Shown here one piece after another: positions 12,470 to 23,030 of a DNA stretch of 64,000 bases (positions are counted from its first letter, which is position 1; every line of letters begins with the position of its first letter). Source of the DNA: Lama glama (Eukaryota); NCBI GenBank assembly GCA_028534125.1, contig CM052818.1, forward strand, positions 6,946,001 to 7,010,000, in the 5' to 3' direction. The notes beneath the pieces were generated by a model. The model did not search any database. It saw only the letters and a list, made by a program, of their open reading frames with translations, and had not been told where the DNA came from. The position numbers were made by a program, and so were the translations under genes.

Positions 12470-13036
12470 TGAAACCTGTGGGGACCTCCCAGACACAAAG
12501 ACCTTTCCGGGGTGGGGCGGGGGGAGGCCTTACTTATTGACAGAACAAAAGCTTCAGCCTCCTAGACCTTCCTAAATACCAAAGAGCAGATTCAAACAGT
12601 TACTAATCAGAGGAGTGAGGGATGGCAGAAACCAAGGAGGAGCAAATAAGAAATAATAGTGCAGTTATTAAAGCAAGACCCTGGTTACAGCTCAAGGTGT
12701 ATACGTAACAATATGTTTGAGTTCTTCTGCAGGAACTAAGGTCCTGCCCAGGTGGAGGGTGTCAACTTCAGGCTGAGCACAGGGTTCCTGGAATACCACC
12801 CTGCGACCTCACCACCAACCCATCAGAAGAAAGTCACACACCCTGCAGCCCTCACCCCAACTTTTGCCTACAAAAACTGCTCCCTGAAAACCCATTGGGG
12901 AGTTCAGGTTTTTGAGCATGAGCCACCCATTCTCCTTGGTTGGCCCTGCAATAAGCCTTTCTCTGCTCCAAACGCCAATGATTCGGTCTGTCTGGCCTCC
13001 CTGTGCGTTGGGCACACAAACTTGCATTCTGTAACA
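12470..13036 (+). mobile_element. ERV1 solo LTR (same family as the adjacent provirus; possibly MER41-like)
   Basis: TG..CA termini, exact 4-bp TSD gtgg (12466-12469 / 13037-13040), polyA-like 'caataag', and similarity to the reverse complements of 9082-9167 and 11845-12080. Confidence 0.85.
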
Positions 13037-13399
13037 GTGGCACCAGGGCAAGGAGTGTGTCTCTGCAGGTTTGGTGCTCAAAGTGGGACTAAGCGGGGTC
13101 TGAGAGTCTTAATCACCCTTCTTGGGCAGAGCAAGGATTATGAGCTATGAGTCTGTGGCACAGGAGGGGACACACCTGCAAAGGAGCCCTGGCTCCCAGC
13201 TCCAGGCCAGACTTCAGACCACACCGGGTCTCTGGCCAGCAAGGACCCTGCCACGGCCTGAGGGTACTTGTAAGGGGTGGGGGCTTCCTCGGAGGCAGTG
13301 GCGGGTCCGGGTTTGGACTGATTTCCCTTGGAGTAACGTCCTTCTCTAGAACCCGGCTTCTATCATTTGTTCCACGTGAGCTTTTCAGGAGTTTAGGGC

Positions 13400-13577
13400 C
13401 CTGGCTCTCAAAGGGCAGTCCCTGGGTCAGCAGTCTCAGTGCCACAGGGAACTTGTTTAAAATACAAACTGTCAGGCCACCACAGACCTCCCACTGACTG
13501 GGAGGTGGAGCCGGCCATCTGCGTTTTAAAAAAGCCCTTGGGTCGACTGTGCTGTGGGCTAAAGTTTGAGAAACTTT
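13400..13577 (+). mobile_element. MER5A-like hAT-Charlie element
   Basis: 'ctctcaaagggcagtccctgggtcagcag..gaacttgtttaaaatacaaa..aaagtttgagaaac'. Confidence 0.7.
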
Positions 13578-13619
13578 AGAAAATGACTCCTTAATAAAAA
13601 AAAAATCCCTCACGAGCCC

Positions 13620-14175
13620 ACTCGGGACCACCTCATCTTTCTCGCGCGCGCGCTCTCTCTCTCTCTCACACACACGCCCCTGACCGGCAAAGAGCCAGAG
13701 CCTGCGTCTGTGGGACGGGAGCCGGGGTCACTCAGAAGCTGACTCGCAGGAGCAAGGCGCCCCTCCCCACAGCGTTCCAGCAGGAGCCCCTCGCCTCCAC
13801 CGCGACGGCGGTTCACACAGTCCTGATTCAGCTCTTTGCACCGACCTTACTTTCGCATTCCAACTGGGCACAAAGAGGAGGCCTGTTTTCTCATTATCTG
13901 TCAGATGAATGCTTGGATTGGTGTCCGGGCTGCCCGGTCGTGCTTGGTAATCCGAAACAGAGACCTGGAAGCCTCAGGGCAAATTCGGGCTTCCTGAGGG
14001 GAGCCAGCCGGAAACCTGTCGCGGAGGGAAGGACGCTAGCGGCGCAGCGCCACCCTGTGGCTGCGAGAGAAAGAGCCACTCGGCTCCGCGGTCTGCACTG
14101 GGCTCGGGGTTGGCGGGAATCTCAAACCTCATCAAATACCAGCACAAGTCCGTCCGTTTAAAGCGCACTCACGCG
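13620..14175. promoter_or_regulatory. CpG-rich promoter-like island with CTCF motif and a candidate minus-strand first exon
   Basis: CpG density is elevated. It has an ETS motif ccggaa, a CTCF motif at 14044-14063, a minus-strand donor AAA|GTAAGG at 13851/13850 and a compound microsatellite (CG)5(CT)7(CA)4 at 13643-13674. Confidence 0.6.
14044..14063 (-). promoter_or_regulatory. CTCF motif (reverse)
   Basis: The minus strand reads CAGCCACAGGGTGGCGCTGC, close to the core consensus CCASYAGRKGGCRS. Confidence 0.65.
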
Positions 14176-14267
14176 GGTGGGTACAGCTCAGTGGTAGAGC
14201 ACATGCTTAGCATGCATGAGGTCCTGGGTTTAATCCCCAGTACCTCCATACAAATAAATAAAATAAA
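14175..14267 (+). mobile_element. Camelid tRNA-derived SINE (short form)
   Basis: 'gggtacagctcagtggtagagcacatgcttagcatgcatgaggtcctgggtttaatccccagtacctcc' plus an A-rich tail. Confidence 0.85.
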
Positions 14268-14457
14268 TCTCACTACGTGTTAGACAGGGTGATCGTTGCT
14301 TTATCTTCTTATAGCCTCAGGGTTTCCTACGCTGGGCAGATAAGGTTACACAACTGCTAAGAGAGCCACCCTAGGAGTTCCCGGAGTCTATACAGAGGCC
14401 ACATGACTAAGCACCACTCTGTTCTTCAACACGCTTCCCCATCCCCGTGGGGAATGC

Positions 14458-14800
14458 GTGCTTCTCAAATCACACGTGCAGGTGGCACTTGGGGATCTTG
14501 TCACAATGCAGATCCTGATTCAGGCAGATCTGAGTAGGGACTGCATTTTTAGGGCCCCCAGGTGATGCTAATGCTGGATCATGGACCACACTGAGAGGCA
14601 AGATCCCAGAGCGGTGCTGTCCAGTAGAACACGCAAGAGTCTAACCCTGTGCTGTCCAACACATTGGCCACTAGCCACCTGTGGCTGTCGAGTACTTGAA
14701 ATACAGCTACTGCAACTGAGAAACTAAAATTTACACCGAGTTAACTTCAGTTAAATGTGAACAGCCCACCTGTGGCGAGGGTCTCCCAGCCTGGATGGAG
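14458..14800. mobile_element. MER5-like element followed by MER3-like hAT element
   Basis: 'cttctcaaa..atgcagatcctgattcag..ggaccacactgag', then 'gtgctgtccaa..gccactagccacctgtggctg.cgagtacttgaaat'. Confidence 0.65.
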
Positions 14801-15522
14801 CAGGGTCCCTCATGAGGGGCGCTTAGGCTAGCTTGTTATTGAAGAGCCAAAATCCCATGGCAAGTTAAAGCAGGACTATCCATTAACAGATATTCAGTCA
14901 TGTGAGATTAACACACTGCCACCTTGTCATTTTACATATGAGGAAATGGAGGCCCAGAGAGGCAAAGTGACTTGTCCCAGAGCCACAGAGCTGTTCCAGC
15001 ATTCTTCTACCACGCCAGACCTCCTTCTAAATCTGCTGGCCTTCACAAGAAAAATGTACATTCCCAACTTTAGAAACTCCTTTGTGAGCACAACATAAAA
15101 TAATATATTGAAATCAAATGTTAATTTATACAACATATGAATCAGCTAACCAAGTATAAAAATTACCCAGCTTCCTAAGGAAATTAACTGATTTTTAGTT
15201 ATATTTATAAGACCTGGAGCACACAAAAAGAATCATCTCCTTTTATGGATGTTTTCCAAGGCCAGGGTTCCTGGCAAAACCAAAATTAAGGACAGCTCTG
15301 TTCAGGCCCCCAGTGTAGCTGGCGTCTTTGTGCAGGAGAAGTGACCAATGTCAGTTGGTCCAGGTGTGCCAGGCCCCGATGGTAACAAGATGACCAAACA
15401 GGTTGTCCTTTATCACACTCAATGAAGGGTTTAGTTAAGTGATCTTTAAAAACTTGTTTTTTTCTGGTTATAAGGGCACTTATGTACATTACATACAATT
15501 TGCAAATTGCACCAAAAGTATC

Positions 15523-15983
15523 GTATTAGTTATCTATTGCCACGTAAGAAATTATCTCCAAAACCTAAGCAGCTTAAACAAACAAACACTTGTACAGTTA
15601 CCAGGAACAGCTTAGCCGGGTGATCCCGACTCAGGGACTCCAGGGAGGTGGCCAGGGCTGCCGGAACCTGAGGACTTGACTGAGGCTGAAGGACCCTTTT
15701 CCAAGGTCACTCACAGTGGCTGTTGGCAGGAGGCCAAGGGGTGGGCCTCTCAGTAGGGCTACTCATGACAAGCTTCCCCCAAGAGCAAATGGTGAGAACT
15801 GGAGAAAAAGCCCAAGACGAAAGCTACGAACTTTCATAACCTCAACCTGACGTGCTGTACCATCACCTCTGCTGCTTTCTGTTGGTCACACAGTAGCCCC
15901 ACTGCATTGTGGGAGAGGACTGCACAGGTGTGAGTGCCGGGAGGTGGGGGACACTGGGGGTCTTTCTGGAGGCTGTGCATCAC
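15523..15983 (-). mobile_element. MLT1 (ERVL-MaLR) solo LTR
   Basis: Antisense MLT1 end 'tattagttatctattgcc..aaattatctccaaaacctaagcagcttaaacaa'. Confidence 0.75.
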
Positions 15984-18900
15984 AAGCGTGAGAAAAAGAT
16001 AAACTCACCTGGACCCTCACTCTGTAAATGATCACTGTAGCCCTGGGAGGTAATTCCTGTCTGTCATATACGTGGCAGGTGTTTTTTTCCTGAATCAACT
16101 CATATATTAGTCTCTGTATTTTCCCTCCATCTCTCTTTCAGATGGAAATCCGCTTTGTTGAATCTCCTTCCTGCATGGAAGATGTTTGCTCAATTTTCAT
16201 TATTTTACTAATACCCTAAATTTTGAACATGCATGTTTGATATTACAAAATATAAAGTGAATCAGTGTGTTTATTCTCCTCCTTAACAATTCAATGACAT
16301 TAAAACATTAAATCAGATCATTACCCTCCCATTTTATATATTACTGTTGTCTAGTGTTTTAGTTCTCACTCCTACATATCCTAAATTAGTTTATTATTAT
16401 TAATAATAATATTGTTATTATTAGATTTACCCACTGGTTTATCTGTTTCTTTACTCACCATTGCTTCTTGCATCTTGAAGCATGGTGAAGTCTTGGCTCT
16501 AGACTTGGTACCTGAAGGTTTCTTTCTTTGTTTTTCTTCTTAAAGCTCAGCATTTCTAGGAGTTCGTTGTAGGATAGTTTTCAAATCATGTAATCCCCAT
16601 GTTGCTGACCATCCCTTTATTCAAGTATTGTTGCAGCGCTAAAATACTTCTTCCTTTTGAAAAACTTAGACTCACTGAAGAGATTATGTGTCCTGAAGAA
16701 GGCAGGAAGGAGAGAGGTCTTGAGGCGGTAGAGAGAGTTAGGGATGAAGGGAGAAAGGAGAGGCAGCAATGTGAGGAGGGAGGCAGCAAGACCTCAGAGA
16801 TGATGCTTCAGAGGGTGGCTCTGAGGAAGTGAGTCTCCAGGCTCTCCAAGATTCCTGCACGCAGGCCAGGCAATAAAGCCCAAAGGGACCGAATGGAGAG
16901 GGGGACGGCTGCACTGGGACCTGTGCTTATATACGGTCAAAAATCACAGGAGCATACTGGTGTATTGCTGCTATGGACTAGGGACCCCAGCACAACTGTG
17001 GTGACAGGGAGACCTGACAGTCACTGAGGGCAAATTCCCACCAGGACGAGTGAGGGCTTGGAGGCAAAATTAAGTTGATTAAAAGGAAATAAAGGACTTA
17101 AATATTTCTCACTCATATAGTTTGCAGGCTGAGATTCATACTTGCTATACACACACACTCTCACTTTTAAAACTGCAGTCTAGTCATACTTTTTGTAGCC
17201 TGCTTTTTTCACCTAGCTTATATTCTGGACCTGGTGCAACATCATTATTTACATTTCCCAACCATGTCCACAAAAGTCCCAAAGTCCCATGAAGAGTGCC
17301 ACACATGACGGCCTGTCCTACTTCACCAGCTGGGTGTGCAAAGTGCAAGGCCACATTCCTTTCACTCTTCAAAGACCTCACACCCCAAGAAACTTATCAG
17401 GAGAAGCCCTCTCTTCCCTCCCTTGGAGACCTCGGCCCTATTATAACCTATTGTAACCCCAACCCCTCAACCCCTGCCTCTCAGAGCAGCAGGCAGGGCC
17501 AGTGCTGGTGAGTCTCACCTGGAAGCAGGGAAACCTCCCCCCCCCCGGGAGTTGGCTGCTTCTTAGATGCTACAAGATGTCACCTGCGGTGTGGCAGGGA
17601 GATGCATTTCTTGTCCCCAGGGATGGCAAGGACCCAGGCTGTGTCCTCAACCCTAAAAAGGAGCTAGTAGTTACCATTACAGGTTTTATGTGAATTCAAT
17701 GGAAAAAAAAAATCCACAGGATTAACAGTATTGTAGTGATCGCTAAGGCTGGCACCCACGGTCTCATTCTCCCCCTGCTGGAGGCATGGTGGAGCTGCAC
17801 CTCCCCACCCTCTCAGTGAGGCCTTTCGGGAAGCCACAGTGGGTGAAAGTGACTTGGGTCACTTTCAGGTGGCCGACTCTATGAACCGACCCACAGTTTG
17901 CCACATTTGCCGTCTTCCTGCCACGACTGCTGTCACCAGTCCACACGGCAGCTGCTCCATCAACTTGGGTCCCTGAATGAGGACTACGGAGGAGAGGCCC
18001 CAGCCACCCCCAGATGGGCAGGTGGAATGAACATAAAAGAAATCTTTGTTGTTTTGAGCACTGAGGTCTGGGCATCATTCGTTACCATAGCATAACCTAA
18101 CCTACACCGACTGGTTAAATTTTTTTAAAAAGGATGAACCCACTCAAGGTTACAGAGGCTTAATATTAAAGAGTGTGCCGACAGTCGAGAGCATTTTAGG
18201 GTCCCTCCCCATTCCTCACTCACTCACAGCGGTTCCAGCTGGGCTGAGACACCACAGCTTCGATGCCTGGACAGTGCACAGAACACTCTTTTTTCCACAC
18301 TGGGGTGGGTCCAGCCAGTTATTTGAAGGACTTCTCTGCCAGGCCTCCACCTTGCCTGTAAAATGTGCAGCCCTGGAGGAGATCTGAGTTCCCGTTCTGC
18401 CCTCGGGCTTCACAAGGGCCGTGACTTGGAGTTGCTGGCCTGCATCTTTTTCTGACCCACCTTGTGCTTCCTGGCAAAGCGCGTGTTTCTCAGGAACTTG
18501 GGTCTACCCCTTTAAGAGATTCAGATCTTTGTGACCAGGGTTTCTTGATGCTGTGTCTGTGCCATTTGTGGGACGGGTTGCACGTGGGGTGGTTCTCGGA
18601 CTCGGCTGTGTCTGCACGGAAGCCTCGGGCTCCCCCAGCACCTACGACCAGAAGAGAAATTAAATTTCTTTTTTAAATTAGGAGAAAAAAAGTAAACTTT
18701 TAAGTTGGACAAAATGTTTTAATACATAATATTAAAATGATCATGTTTATACCAACTCAGTAATAAAATATAACAGTTTTTATGATGGAAGGGGACCACA
18801 AAAGTGGCAGAGCCTGGGACCCAGGAGCAGTCAGCCCTGGTCAAAGGGTGTCACAGCCGCTGCCAATCTGGGTTACAGTGCACTTCCTGGAGATGAGGAC

Positions 18901-18994
18901 AGACATGGCATTGCTGTCACCTATAATGTCTTTTGCCTTACAAGCATGTCCAAATTTCCCGAATTACAACAAACTAGCTCTGCCTTTGCCTTTT

Positions 18995-19170
18995 TTTTAA
19001 GAAAAATTTTAATAGCTTAATGTTTTACTTATTATTGTGTTGCTTAATTATTTTATTTTGGTGGGGTGGGGAGGTAACTAGGTTTATTTATTTTTGGAGG
19101 GGGTACTGGGGATTGAACCCAGGGCCTCCTGCATGCTAAGCATGTGCCCGACCACTTGAACTATACCCTG
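18995..19170 (-). mobile_element. Camelid tRNA-derived SINE with extended tail
   Basis: Antisense head. 17-bp TSD ctctgcctttgcctttt (18978-18994) / ctctgtctttgcctttt (19171-19187). Confidence 0.85.
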
Positions 19171-20063
19171 CTCTGTCTTTGCCTTTTGAAGGTTCTCCCA
19201 GGACACCCGGGAGCCACAGCTGCTAGGAGGAGGGGTCCGGGATCCAAACAACGCACCTGGATAGAGCAGCTTCCTCCAGCTTGCTCCCCATGCTTGCATT
19301 TCCCCTTCCTCCTTCCCCACAGCCTCTGACGTTGAGGAGCCCAGCAGGCTACAGGGATGCCTATTTCTGACCTCACCCAGGTGCACAGCCCTGACATGGT
19401 AATGATCAGCTTCCTTCATAAACCCTGTCCTGCCAGAGGGAGGCTGACAGCTTCTGCTGTGGACTCTGGGATGCAAACAGTCTTCCCTGGAAGGCATGGT
19501 CTGCAAAGGTGAATCTGTATCCCTATGTAATTTGTCACCAGGATCAAAGGGGGTCTCGAGCCCAGCTTGGGGGGGCCTGGCCTTGGTGACCGGAGGGACA
19601 CCGCTCCACTCAGACAAGGGGACTTGGAGGTGGGGGTCTGGGCACAGGAGACTTGAGATTTGGGAGATGGAAGTTAAGGCAGTTCCTTCCTACTGACTTC
19701 TATTTTCTCAGCAAAGCAGGAGGGGAGGTCCTCTGTGGAGAGAGAAGTAAGAGCGGGAAGCTGGGCGGGTTTATGTAAGTGTTCAGAGGTGGGAGAGTGG
19801 ACCGTGCATCCTTCCCAGAGCCGTAGTGTTGTGCTGCCCAAAGGCACAAGAGCTAAAAATCAGACACAAACAACTTAACTTGCTCTGTCAAGTACCACAC
19901 AAGGTCGTCCCTGAATACGGCTGGAAAATAAAAAGTTTTTTGTATGATTTGATCATTTAAAAGAAGAATATAAAACAGGTTGTTGGCCTATCCAAAGTAT
20001 CCAATTCATCCAAAAGTTTCAAGCCAAAATATATTCTGTAGTTATCAAATTAAAATAGGTCCC

Positions 20064-20766
20064 TTTCTCCTACACTGCTGGTGGGAATGCAGTTTGGTGC
20101 AGCCACTGTGGAAAGCAGTGTGGAGATTCCTCAAAAGACTAGGAATAGACTTACCATATGACCCAGGAATCCCGCTCCTGGGCATATATCTAGAAGGAAC
20201 CCTAGTTCAAAAAGACACCTGCACCCCAGTGTTCATAGCAGCACTGTATACAATAGCCAAAACATGGAAACAGCCTAAATGTCCATCAACAGATGACTGG
20301 ATAAAGAAGATGTGGTATAATTATACAATGGAATACTATTCAGCCATCAAAACTGACAACATAATGCCATTTGCAGCAACATGGATGTTCTTGGAGAATG
20401 TCATTCTAAGTGAAGTAAGCCAGAAAGAGAAAGAAAAATACCATGAGGTCGCTCATATGTGGAATCTAAAAAACAAAGAGAACATAAATACAAAACAGAA
20501 ACAGACTCATAGACATAGAATACAAACTTGTGGTTGCCAAGGGGGCAGAGGGTGGGAAGGGACAGACTGGGATTTCAAAATGTAGAACAGATAAACAAGA
20601 TTATACTGTATAGCACAGGGAAATACATACAAGATCTTGTAGCTCACAGCAAAAAAAATGTGACAATGAATATACGTATGTTCATGTATAACTGAACAAT
20701 TGTGCTCTACGTTGGAATTTGACACAACATTGTAAAATGACTATAACTCAATAAAAAAGTTTTTAA
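20064..20766 (+). mobile_element. Young 5'-truncated LINE-1 (ORF2 C-terminus, 3'UTR and tail)
   Basis: Encodes [43 protein letters not shown] (L1 ORF2 C-terminus). Exact TSD aaaataggtccc (20052-20063 / 20767-20778). Confidence 0.95.
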
Positions 20767-20801
20767 AAAATAGGTCCCGTTGATAAAAGTATCAGGATGG
20801 A

Positions 20802-20891
20802 GGGGGGTGGGTATAGCTCAGGGGTAGAGCGCATGCTTAGCATGCACGAGGTCCTCGGTTCAAGCCCCAGTAGCTCCATTAAAAAAAAAAA
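20802..20891 (+). mobile_element. Camelid tRNA-derived SINE (short form)
   Basis: Near-consensus head plus poly(A), flanked by atcagga repeats. Confidence 0.9.
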
Positions 20892-20969
20892 TCAGGAAAC
20901 CTGAGACTCAAATAAGACACATAACTAATGGCCATTTCAGCTGTGAATCAGGCCAGCTCAGAGACCACA

Positions 20970-21155
20970 CTCAGCTTTTCACATGTCTTAGCTCTCAATC
21001 TTGTGAAATAGATATCTTAATCCTTATTTCATAGATCAGAAAACCGAAGTCAGGAATGATTAAATAACTTGCCTTAAGTCATACAGCTACCAAAAGAGAG
21101 GCCAGAACTTGAAGGCCAGGTAGATCTGATGCCAAAACTCTGCTCTTAACCACTG
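20970..21155 (-). mobile_element. MIR SINE
   Basis: 'atttcatagatcagaaaaccgaagtc..ttaaataacttgccttaagtcatacagct..gctcttaaccact'. Confidence 0.7.
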
Positions 21156-21509
21156 CCTTGTCTCAGCCTACGAGGGCTATGTCAGGACCTGTCAGTCTCA
21201 CAGTTTTGCTGCCCCTCTGGAAAGCTATGAAGATCTTATGGAATCAAAATTTTTGGTGGCCGGCCTGATATCTCAGAGCAACCAGCTGAGAAACTACGTT
21301 AAACACAGCCTCCACTCGCTCACCCTCCCAGCAGCCAAGTTACAGTAACAGTCATCTAGCTGGTCCACAGCCCTCACTTTCTTCGCAACATGGATGCCGT
21401 GCCTCGTGGCCAAATGACTGTTACTAAAGAACGGCTTTTGTCCTGTCACTGTCTTGCTCCCCATTGACCCACAGGATGAAGTCCAGACTCCTTGGCCAGG
21501 TATTCGGGG

Positions 21510-21978
21510 ATTCCCCAGTAATCTAGGCAGGCAGTTCAGCTGCATGTGGCAGAAAACCCCAAATAACCATGATGCAAACAAGATAGAAGTTTCTCCTAAA
21601 TGAAGGTCACAGATTGGCAGTCCAGGGATGGTACAGCAGCCCCAGATAGCTGCAGAGGCTACAGGTTCACCACCGCATCATTTCTAAAGTGTGGCCCTTG
21701 GACTCATGGTCTCAGATGATGGCTAGAGGACCAGCCATCACATATACCTCCCAGACATCAGGATATAGGAAGGGAGGAGGAAGGGTTACAGGGGAACTTA
21801 TTCTATTTTAAGTGGGATCCCCAGAAGTTTCTACAAAACTTTTCTGTTTATATTTCATTGGCCAAAACCAAGCCACACGAAAACACAGAGCTGAAAGGGA
21901 GACTGAGACAAGAAAGCATTATTCCAGGAAGCCTTGAACTAAGGACTAGGGTAGAATGGATGTAGTGATTGGCCACAG
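21510..21978 (-). mobile_element. Old MLT1 (MaLR) LTR
   Basis: 'atggtctcagatgatggct..ccagccatcacat..tatatttcattggccaaaac' is typical of antisense MLT1. Confidence 0.55.
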
Positions 21979-23010
21979 CAGCCTCTGGCCCTTCTAGGGC
22001 TGCTCCAGCACGAGGTGCTTCCTTGGGGACCCTCTCCAGCTGTCTGGTCCGTTCCTGCCCCCTAAATGTGGTCCATGCAGGGATGCCCCACTCCATCTCC
22101 TGGGAGAATCTCAATTTCCTAGTTCTGTGCTCAGGCCAAGACTTGATCTCTTCTTAAGCCTTTCCTGACTACCCTGACTTCTGGTTACCTTCCTTCTTCC
22201 TTCTACAGAACCTCTCGGGAAAGGAAGTGGAAAGTGCCCGGACTTCAGTCTCCTCGTGGCTCCTCTCTCACTCCCCGTGTGCTCTTGGGCAATTCATTTA
22301 TTTCCCTTGAGTCTCAGTTGTCTCTTCTTACATTCAGCAACCTAGAATAGGGAGCAGAGTGAGGCAAGGTCTGAATCAATTTTTAAGAAGTTACTGACTT
22401 CCCCTCTGTGTAGTCAGAAGAGTCATGTTGGATCAGCCTTTTCGTTATGAGAGAAACACTTGCCCCCTTGAGTTAAAAAAATTTTTTGCAAACAGCTCCC
22501 CTGCCCTGGGTAGAAGACCTCTATCTTTGATAATTAAAAGGAATAACAGGACTTTTCACTTGATTTAGCAAGGAAGTCCTTCGCTAAGACCCCTTGTCAT
22601 GTGGATTTCTGAAAAGGGAGGGACACCGTTTCAGAGCCATGTCAGAGTCTTAAAGGAGGGAAGCAACTGAGAATCCTTTACCTCAAGCTCAGTGAGATTT
22701 CAATTTACAAAAACTCTGGGATGTCATCGACCAGACTGATAGCAGGAAAGGACCCCCAGGGCCACAAAGGGAAAGTTTGCAGGAGGTTATGGGGATTCTG
22801 GGATGGTGACCTCCATACCAGTACATAAAGGCAGTCCTCACCCTGGCACAGGGTCAGGCTTTGGGAATACACATGTGTACTAATTTAAAGTATTTCCACC
22901 TTAAAACCTGGCATGTGGCAGTACTGAGGGCTGGCAAGGACCTATACAGGCAAGGGCATCACCAAAGTACAAAGCAAGTGTGTGCTGGCCGGCGCAAAAC
23001 CAGGCTTCAA

Positions 23011-23030
23011 CAGTGCCACCTTGTGGTGAA
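23011..23030 (-). promoter_or_regulatory. CTCF motif (reverse), abutting an IRF-type motif
   Basis: The minus strand reads TTCACCACAAGGTGGCACTG. GAAAAGTGAAAC lies at 23028-23039. Confidence 0.6.

Noticed and set aside
19980..20585. 201-aa ORF as a host gene
   Set aside because: It is a 5'-truncated L1 ORF2 C-terminus in frame with flanking DNA, with no true start.
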